Shown here in pieces: positions 9,500 through 15,650 of a stretch of 15,650 nt of DNA. The DNA comes from Vitrella brassicaformis CCMP3155. Its lineage: Eukaryota > Protista > Chromerida. Position 1 is the stretch's first letter, and each line of letters starts with the position of its first letter. The stretch covers positions 1-15,650 of the forward strand of contig CDMY01000846.1 in assembly GCA_001179505.1 (NCBI GenBank), written 5' to 3'. Under the pieces are notes generated by a model. The model saw nothing but the letters and a program-made list of their open reading frames with translations. It ran no database searches and had not been told where the DNA came from. Made by a program: the position numbers and the translations under genes.

Positions 9500-10919
9500 A
9501 GTGGAGACCGGCAGAAGTTGATCAGGCTTCACCCGATCTCCCTCCCCTACTCACGCCTCTCTCCCAGACAAGCATGTCCGTGTGTCGTGAGTCGTCTCAG
9601 CGCGTCGATCGTTCCCGACCGGTGGCGTCACCACATCACGCGAGGATTCTGAGACCTTGCAGCCATCCAACTATGTGTGCACCTCTGTGTGCTGCCTCTC
9701 TTCAAGAGCATGCACGTGTGTGTGCTCCTCCTCTCTTCCCTGTACCGGTGTGAATGAGCGATTGCATCGGTGTCGGTCAGCATTCCGCTTGTCGTCTCGT
9801 GGCGTCTCGCGCCGACAATGTCGATCACGACGCACACCACCACCATGTCCCTTGTTGTACTTCTTGTCCTTGCCCTTGTTGTTTGTTGCGAAGTGCTCAC
9901 GATGCCCTTCGCCCCTGTCTGTGACCCTGATGAAGGCGCTCGGCTCAGATGACTGGAAGTGTGGACGTATGTGTCTGGATGTGATGGACGGATGGATTGG
10001 ATGCCGTGGACCGTGTGCTGATGGAGAGGATGCAGCCCTGGATGAATGGATAGACGGATGGAGCTGATGCTGATGCTGATGGATGACAGGCTGAAGGATA
10101 GTAGTTGTGTGTAGGCAGGCATGACGATAAGCCGTAGATGGGAACAGGGGAGGCAGCTGGGGAAGATAGAGGGCTGCTGATGAATAAGAGCGCTAGATAA
10201 GCCTGCAGTGCATGCATGCGTGGGCTTGGGGGCGTAAGACGGGAGATAGCAGAAGTTGGCCGAGCGAGTTAGTGCCCGTTGCGTTTCATGATTCGTTATC
10301 GTTCGCTTCCGATATGACTTGAGTCATTCTCTCGAGATCTGTTGCTTCGGCACGATCTTTGGTCCTTCCGACCACATTCCCTTCGGCAGGGCGTCTTCCC
10401 AAGCCGCCCTTGGAGCCGCAGAGTGATGGTGGAGTGCGCATGTGAGTGATGGTGGAAAACGAGTACGTCGCCCGGCTGGCCACCCTCCCGGTGAGTCCTC
10501 AGCGAGGCGACACGAGTACTCGTACGACAGCTAGCTGCCCTTCTGACATCCTCTTCCCTCAGCCAGATCTTGCTCTCTCCCTGAGTCCATGTGACTTCTC
10601 GTCCTTCCAGGACTCATCCTTGTGCTGACCTACTCCCCTCCTCTCTTCCCGACTGGCCGGATGCATGTCTTGGGATGCTTTTGAGGGTCATGTCTCACTG
10701 GGATTACATGCACGCATATCTGCCTGAGATCTGCCTGTCTGTCCGTCTGTGTTGTCTCTCTAGCCTCCCAGTGTGTGCCTACGTATCCGCCACAAGGTCC
10801 GTCCCCTCGCCGATCACATACTGAGGCAGACAGCAGATATATTTGACCCGCACATCATCAGTCAGGGAACACGGGACTCTTACTCAGAGCGGACGGCATG
10901 AAAGCATGTGTGTGGCTGG

Positions 10920-10955
<36 letters not shown>

Positions 10956-11350
10956 TGGCTGAGATCAGTTGGTTGTCTGGTGTCTTTGGCTGCGCATAGG
11001 GATGGCTGGTATGCTTCGCGTGTGGGTTTGACTGTTGCCAGAGAGAGGACATCCGCACCATGACCCTTTCGTATCACTGGTGCATCTCCGTGTCTTCTTT
11101 TTCCATTTGCGGGTCTGTCGTTTGGCTGCGGGGAGGGTGGTCTGCGCATGGGCGCTGTCGGCATTGTTTTTGGTGTTGGTTTGGATGGATGTATATCGGT
11201 CTGGATGAGAGCGTGATGGTGTCCGTGTGGCCGTGGGGAGGATCAGATCAGCCGCACACGACGAGCCAGCCTCAGCCAGATCTACCACGAGAGCACCGGC
11301 ACTCAACAGTGCGTCATCTCTGCTGTCCTTTGTTGTATTTGCTGTCATTG
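9500..11350 (-). pseudogene. Possible highly degenerate copia gag remnants
   Basis: Scattered pieces in different frames: KWKKK..IRKGHGADVLSL..REAYQ (about 11000-11110), SLTDDVRVKYICCLPQY (about 10820-10870, resembling gag D..V..LL..LP..Y), a knuckle-like CRRECGRKDQRSC (10350-10388) and basic NNKGKDKKYNKGHGGG (about 9840-9890). Many stops; a weak call. Confidence 0.3.
10923..10952 (+). repeat. (TC)15 microsatellite
   Basis: Perfect dinucleotide run. Confidence 0.98.
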
Positions 11351-11644
11351 CTGTCGGGGCGTGTGCTGGCGGTCTCAGGTTGAGTTGGTTGCTGCGTTCT
11401 CCTACCTCGACGACACCATCGTCATTTCCCGCACTCCTGCTCTTCTCTCTCGGCTACCCCCTCACCTCATACGCGTCGGTCGGCTGTCCTTCACTGCTGT
11501 CCGGCGTGTGCGCTGACTGTCCTGTTGGAAACCGCCCATCTGATCCTGTTCGAAGTCTTTCTGCCCTGCTGATGCCCCTGCGTCGTCTGGTGCCTGTAGC
11601 TGACCCTCGTCTGCCCCCTCTGTGCTGCCCTCTCTGCTGTCGTC

Positions 11645-12805
11645 ATGTTCAAGCCATCATCTCGTCCATCTCGTCCTCCTCGACCCTCTGATCTCGTGTT
11701 TAACCCTCTGCTCACCCACTACACGGCGTCCAGAACCATTCGCGAGAAAGTCGACCGCGCGCTCAGGAGAGTGAAATACGACCGACGAGACGAGCACGAG
11801 CTGGTGGGGTTCCTCTACGCCAAGGAGCAGATCACTGACGAAATAGATGAGCTCGATCAGCGGCGCGACAAGTCGGCCATCTCAAGGGGGGAGTACGACA
11901 AGAGAGTGAACGACGCGCATCGCCGTCAGTCCGAGGTGCAGAAGGAGATCGAGCGTCGCACGGCGACTCGGCGATCCCCTCCCCCTTCCCGCACGCGTGC
12001 GCCTCGTTCCCGGTCTCGTTCTCGCTCTCGGTGTCGTTCTCGTTCGCCTCGTCATCCGCCGCCCCCTCATCGACACGTCACGTTTGACGGGAGCGTCGCT
12101 GATCGTCGGTCGCGGCGCCACGGTGGTGTTCAGCTCAAGCCTGCTGCTGTCGTCCGAGCAGAGGCAGCGGTGGGTGTGCCGACGATCGAGGCTGCTGAGC
12201 CGTCGCAACTGTCCGAGACCCAGCAACCCCCCACACACCCGCAGACGACCACACCACAGCCCCCATCCGTCATGCCCGAGCATCAACACGCGCCCGACCC
12301 CAACACCGGAGAAGTCGGCGACCACGAGGAGCAACAGGAAGACTCTGAGGGGCAACAGGAAGACGAGCAGTCGCACAAGACCACCGAAGGAGAGCAGGAG
12401 AACGAGCAAAGGCAGCAGGACGAGCCCACAGCCCCCCACCCCACTCCCTCTCTGCCCCCTGGTATCCATCCCGTGGATCTAGCGACCCCGGAGCAGCTGA
12501 AGCCTTTCGTGCACTCGGTGGGTCAGCTGTTCTTCACCGGCATCTGGTTTTGCAGCAGCTGCACTCATCAGTCGGTGCGAGGCGCGACGATTCAGCGGGG
12601 CGGAGAAGCGGAGTTTTGGTTCCAGCGGCCGGCGTGCTGTGTCAAGTGTCAGAAACCCCAACCAATCTCGTACCCACACCCGGCCCCGGTGCTGATATTG
12701 GGTCCGTGGGACCTGATTATCGACTTTTCGCAGTCACCCCCGGTGCAGCTCGACGAGGAGGCTGTCGAGGCTTGCCGCGAGCACATCGTGAAGCTCGCGA
12801 AGTGA
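11645..12805 (+). CDS. Uncharacterised 386-aa protein: charged helical N-terminus, RS tract, P/Q/E-rich linker, C-terminal C4 zinc finger; probable retroelement accessory ORF
   Basis: Intact ATG-TGA ORF with a pyrimidine-rich leader. Contains RSRSRSRSRCRSRSPR (12005-12052), an acidic EEQQEDSEGQQEDEQ linker, and WFCSSC-x24-CCVKCQKPQP (12545-12664). Confidence 0.7.
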   Translation: MFKPSSRPSRPPRPSDLVFNPLLTHYTASRTIREKVDRALRRVKYDRRDEHELVGFLYAKEQITDEIDELDQRRDKSAISRGEYDKRVNDAHRRQSEVQKEIERRTATRRSPPPSRTRAPRSRSRSRSRCRSRSPRHPPPPHRHVTFDGSVADRRSRRHGGVQLKPAAVVRAEAAVGVPTIEAAEPSQLSETQQPPTHPQTTTPQPPSVMPEHQHAPDPNTGEVGDHEEQQEDSEGQQEDEQSHKTTEGEQENEQRQQDEPTAPHPTPSLPPGIHPVDLATPEQLKPFVHSVGQLFFTGIWFCSSCTHQSVRGATIQRGGEAEFWFQRPACCVKCQKPQPISYPHPAPVLILGPWDLIIDFSQSPPVQLDEEAVEACREHIVKLAK

Positions 12806-12980
12806 TCCCATACCCACTACAGCGACTCCTTTTTGCTGCCCCCTTCCCCGACCCTTTTTCCTGCTGATCGCCGCTGCTGTCTGTGGTGCTGATCGTGTGT
12901 ATTGCTGTTTGGTGTTGATAGCTGAGAGACCTGTGGTTGGTCGGTTCACAGTGGGACTCGTGTGTATATCGTGAACCGAT

Positions 12981-13050
12981 CGATCCCATCTTCCAGTTCG
13001 AATCCATCTTCCTGTTCGATCCCATCATTCCACTTTTCGAATCCATCCTC
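12981..13050 (+). repeat. Imperfect ~18-bp tandem repeat, about 4 units, containing B-box-like GTTCGA(A/T)(T/C)CC
   Basis: cgatcccatcttccagtt / cgaatccatcttcctgtt / cgatcccatcattccactttt / cgaatccatcctc, ending immediately before ATG 13051. Confidence 0.85.
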
Positions 13051-15650
13051 ATGTCACGTCCACCTCCACATTTATCCATGCATGCGAGTGACAGCATCTT
13101 GGGGCCCATGCCGTCACGTGTGCCACCTGACTCGAATGCTGCTGCTCCACCCCGCCCCCCATTAAATGAACCGTCTGCTGCTGCTCATGGCCATGCATCA
13201 CATGACCCATCTGCTGCTACTGCTGCTCTGTTCCATCCACTACAGGCACCGCCGCCAAAGGCACCGCCGCCACAAGCACCACATACACCTGCACACATTG
13301 CATCACATACCACATCATCGGGGCATTTGAGAAGGAATGTCGTCACACCTGTGGATGGAGGTGGGCAGCCGTCCAGCCGTCTCGCTGCGGCGAATGCACA
13401 CGCGTCGATGACGGCATGGCAGGCGTCCGAGAGGTTGCAGGGAGACCGGGGCGGCCCCAGAGCATCCAGCAGGTCTGCCGTTGATGATGATCGGCCGGAC
13501 CACGCCCTCTCTCTGCGTGAGATCGCCGCCGAGCCCCACCGGCTGAACACCATGCAGCTGCGCACTGGAAGCCGTATTCCCACATCCCAAGGCACGAATG
13601 CCCGCGCCGTTGTCAGTGACCATCCATTCGCTGGCGACGCTCGAGAAGGCTCTGGGGTCTTCGCAGAGAGGGATGCTGCCGAAGTGTCGGACGGGTCGGA
13701 CAGGTCGATTCAGAGAGACAGAGACAGGCGGAGACGAGGCGACGATAGCGAGGGCCTCGTGTTTGATGATGACGGTGGCCAGAACTCCTCTTCACCATCG
13801 CCGCCCACCCCCAGGAACGGTGGGCCGACACTCGCCGCCACACGTGGACAGTCGGANNNNNNNNNNNNNNNNNNNNNNNNNNNNNNNNNNNNNNNNNNNN
13901 NNNNNNNNNNNNNNNNNNNNNNNNNNNNNNNNNNNNNNNNNNNNNNNNNNNNNNNNNNNNNNNNNNNNNNNNNNNNNNNNNNNNNNNNNNNNNNNNNNNN
14001 NNNNNNNNNNNNNNNNNNNNNNNNNNNNNNNNNNNNNNNNNNNNNNNNNNNNNNNNNNNNNNNNNNNNNNNNNNNNNNNNNNNNNNNNNNNNNNNNNNNN
14101 NNNNNNNNNNNNNNNNNNNNNNNNNNNNNNNNNNNNNNNNNNNNNNNNNNNNNNNNCCAATCACGAACAGAGGCACAGGGACGACCGTCGCAGGGACCTG
14201 CTCACCGGCGGTCTGATGACACGTCAGACGAATCGATGACTGTTAGTAGAAGAGAGCTCGAGGCGCTGCAGGCTGAGCTGGCCAGGCTGAGGCGGGAGGC
14301 ATCCTGCCGTAGCACTCCTGCATCGGTGTACCAGCGCTCTCCTGGAGAGCTCCGTCTTCGGCCACGAGTGTCTGTGGTGATCAAGTATGGCGACATTTGC
14401 AAATGGAACTGGGCTCAAGTGCTGCCTGTTCTGTACCCACCCACGACCTACCAGGATGCGGATCTTTTGTTGGCGACCTTGCAGGAGCAGATAGATGTGT
14501 TGGAAGGCCTCACTCATGCGAAGAGGCGGGGAGTCTTCTGGAATTGGGTGCAGAGAGCGGAGGAAGAAGGCATCGTCCGCTACGATGACGGCGCTGGAAC
14601 GCTCACTCGTGTCACGGCGGACCGGCCGGGCTGCACAGTCAGGCCCATCCATCTCCCGGAGGTTTCGGAGATCCCCACCCGCCCACCCGATCGCACGGCA
14701 TCGATCCCGGGCGCGTCTGCTGAGTGTGCGGGGGGTGCGGCCGCACGCGGAAGGGCTGCTGCACGCGAGAGGGGCACACGAGAGGTCGGCCGAGAAGCGG
14801 AAGCACACCAACAGCACCGGCCAGAGGTGATGCACCCGCAGCAACAGCCTCGCCCACAGATTCCCCGACTCGTATCGGTTGACCCGAGAACCGCAGGGCA
14901 GCCAGGGCAGAGTGCACCGTCGGCTCAGCAAAACCATCCACATAATGCACCCAATGAGGACCACCACCCACCCCTCCGCATCCTGCAGCGAACATCTGCC
15001 GAGGGGCAAGACCGCCAAGTCCCCTTCACCGCAGTGCGACACATCGAGGCTCCACCCGTCGTCGCAGCGTCCAACCAGCAAGCCCACCACACCAACCAGC
15101 CGACACGCGCGGCCGCTGCGTATACAACGGCCGGCGGAAGCGGCGACCCAGATTGGCCGGACAGAAACCCTGGGGGCCGTGGTGGTGGACGTGGCAACAA
15201 CGGAGGACGGGGGCCTGGTGGAGGGAACAATGGAGGTCGCCGTGACGGTGCTGGTGGAGAGGGGCGACGTGGTGGTGATCGCGATAGGGACCGACGAGAC
15301 GATCGCCGACGAGATGAGAGGGGCCGTGACGGATACCTCGGCCCCCTCTTCGAGGATGTGCCCGAGAGGGAGGATGATGACTTGGGCAGGGAGTGGCAGG
15401 ATATGGTGGCTCGCGAGCACACGAGGCGAGCATACGAAGAGAAGTTGCGACGAGATGAGGAACGTGAGCAGCAGCGGCGGGCGATGAAAGAGCTGAAGCC
15501 GTCCCCCTTCAGTGGCGATGATGGCATGCCAGCAAAGGAGTGGTTGAGAGAGTTGGAGACGTGGTTCGACGAGGCAGCCGTAGCCCTTCAGATGAGGCCG
15601 CAGATGTTCCACAAGCAGCTCAAGCCGGGGAGCAGTGCAGCCGCCTGGTG
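13051..15650 (+). CDS. gag: Retrotransposon Gag-like polyprotein (Ty3/gypsy-type capsid motif), 3'-partial, with a very long N-terminal extension
   Basis: Manual translation of frame +1 is stop-free from 12922 to the gap (13856) and from 14158 to the window end; the first ATG is at 13051. It ends ..MKELKPSPFSGDDGMPAKEWLRELETWFDEAAVALQMRPQMFHKQLKPGSSAAAW, matching the P.F.G..W..le..F..L.G.A..W start of retrotransposon capsid. Continuity across the gap is assumed. Confidence 0.75.
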   Translation, partial: MSRPPPHLSMHASDSILGPMPSRVPPDSNAAAPPRPPLNEPSAAAHGHASHDPSAATAALFHPLQAPPPKAPPPQAPHTPAHIASHTTSSGHLRRNVVTPVDGGGQPSSRLAAANAHASMTAWQASERLQGDRGGPRASSRSAVDDDRPDHALSLREIAAEPHRLNTMQLRTGSRIPTSQGTNARAVVSDHPFAGDAREGSGVFAERDAAEVSDGSDRSIQRDRDRRRRGDDSEGLVFDDDGGQNSSSPSPPTPRNGGPTLAATRGQSXXXXXXXXXXXXXXXXXXXXXXXXXXXXXXXXXXXXXXXXXXXXXXXXXXXXXXXXXXXXXXXXXXXXXXXXXXXXXXXXXXXXXXXXXXXXXXXXXXXXXQSRTEAQGRPSQGPAHRRSDDTSDESMTVSRRELEALQAELARLRREASCRSTPASVYQRSPGELRLRPRVSVVIKYGDICKWNWAQVLPVLYPPTTYQDADLLLATLQEQIDVLEGLTHAKRRGVFWNWVQRAEEEGIVRYDDGAGTLTRVTADRPGCTVRPIHLPEVSEIPTRPPDRTASIPGASAECAGGAAARGRAAARERGTREVGREAEAHQQHRPEVMHPQQQPRPQIPRLVSVDPRTAGQPGQSAPSAQQNHPHNAPNEDHHPPLRILQRTSAEGQDRQVPFTAVRHIEAPPVVAASNQQAHHTNQPTRAAAAYTTAGGSGDPDWPDRNPGGRGGGRGNNGGRGPGGGNNGGRRDGAGGEGRRGGDRDRDRRDDRRRDERGRDGYLGPLFEDVPEREDDDLGREWQDMVAREHTRRAYEEKLRRDEEREQQRRAMKELKPSPFSGDDGMPAKEWLRELETWFDEAAVALQMRPQMFHKQLKPGSSAAAW
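13857..14156. other. Assembly or masking gap, exactly 300 N
   Basis: N run inside the gag-like ORF. Confidence 0.99.

Larger units (their letters stand above)
4470..11350 (-). mobile_element. Decayed Ty1/copia LTR retrotransposon; 5' boundary uncertain, 5' LTR not identified
   Basis: Copia domain order PR-IN-RT-RNase H on the minus strand, followed by a PPT and a TG-initiated LTR start. Frameshifts occur near 8890, 7600, 7435 and 5965. The upstream limit rests on weak gag remnants. Confidence 0.9.

Noticed and set aside
10190-10206. Candidate copia PBS (ca-GGCTTATCTAGCGC on -)
   Set aside because: Does not match the iMet or half-iMet PBS types I know, and gag-like remnants lie upstream of it.
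10421-10456. 13-bp direct repeat GAGTGATGGTGGA x2
   Set aside because: Only two copies 10 bp apart; a local duplication, not a CRISPR array, TSD or PBS.
11047-11085. Candidate LTR end and PBS (cgtatca-c-TGGTGCATC on +; ca-TGGTGCGGATG on -)
   Set aside because: No matching LTR start (TGATAC) was found upstream, tRNA complementarity cannot be verified, and the two are arms of one small hairpin.
14224-15612. 462-aa minus-strand ORF and other long overlapping ORFs (14879-15487, 14925-15527, 11882-12469)
   Set aside because: Antisense or alternate-frame shadows of GC-rich, low-complexity coding sequence.

Overview
Eukaryotic, GC-rich DNA with CA/GT- and CATC-rich noncoding tracts and a predicted complex-plastid targeting signal; a chromerid- or ochrophyte-like alga is plausible but only inferred. 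From left to right: (1) an intact, uninterrupted 567-aa gene (1063-2766, -) encoding a divergent lipoxygenase-like protein with a bipartite leader; (2) a decayed Helitron RepHel fragment (about 2890-3500, +); (3) a 5'-truncated, frameshifted CRE-like non-LTR retrotransposon 3' end with zinc-knuckle and restriction-like endonuclease (RLE) motifs (about 3760-4475, -); (4) a decayed Ty1/copia element (about 4470-11350, -) with PR-IN-RT-RNase H, a PPT, the start of a 3' LTR, and an unexpected ~280-aa Cys-rich insert carrying a zinc ribbon between PR and IN; (5) an intact orphan ORF (11645-12805, +) with an RS tract and a RanBP2-like zinc finger; (6) a very long gag-like ORF (13051 to window end, +, absent from the ORF track because it has no stop) whose Ty3/gypsy-type capsid motif appears only at the window edge. 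There are two 300-N gaps. All family calls come from motifs recognised by eye; no database searches were run.
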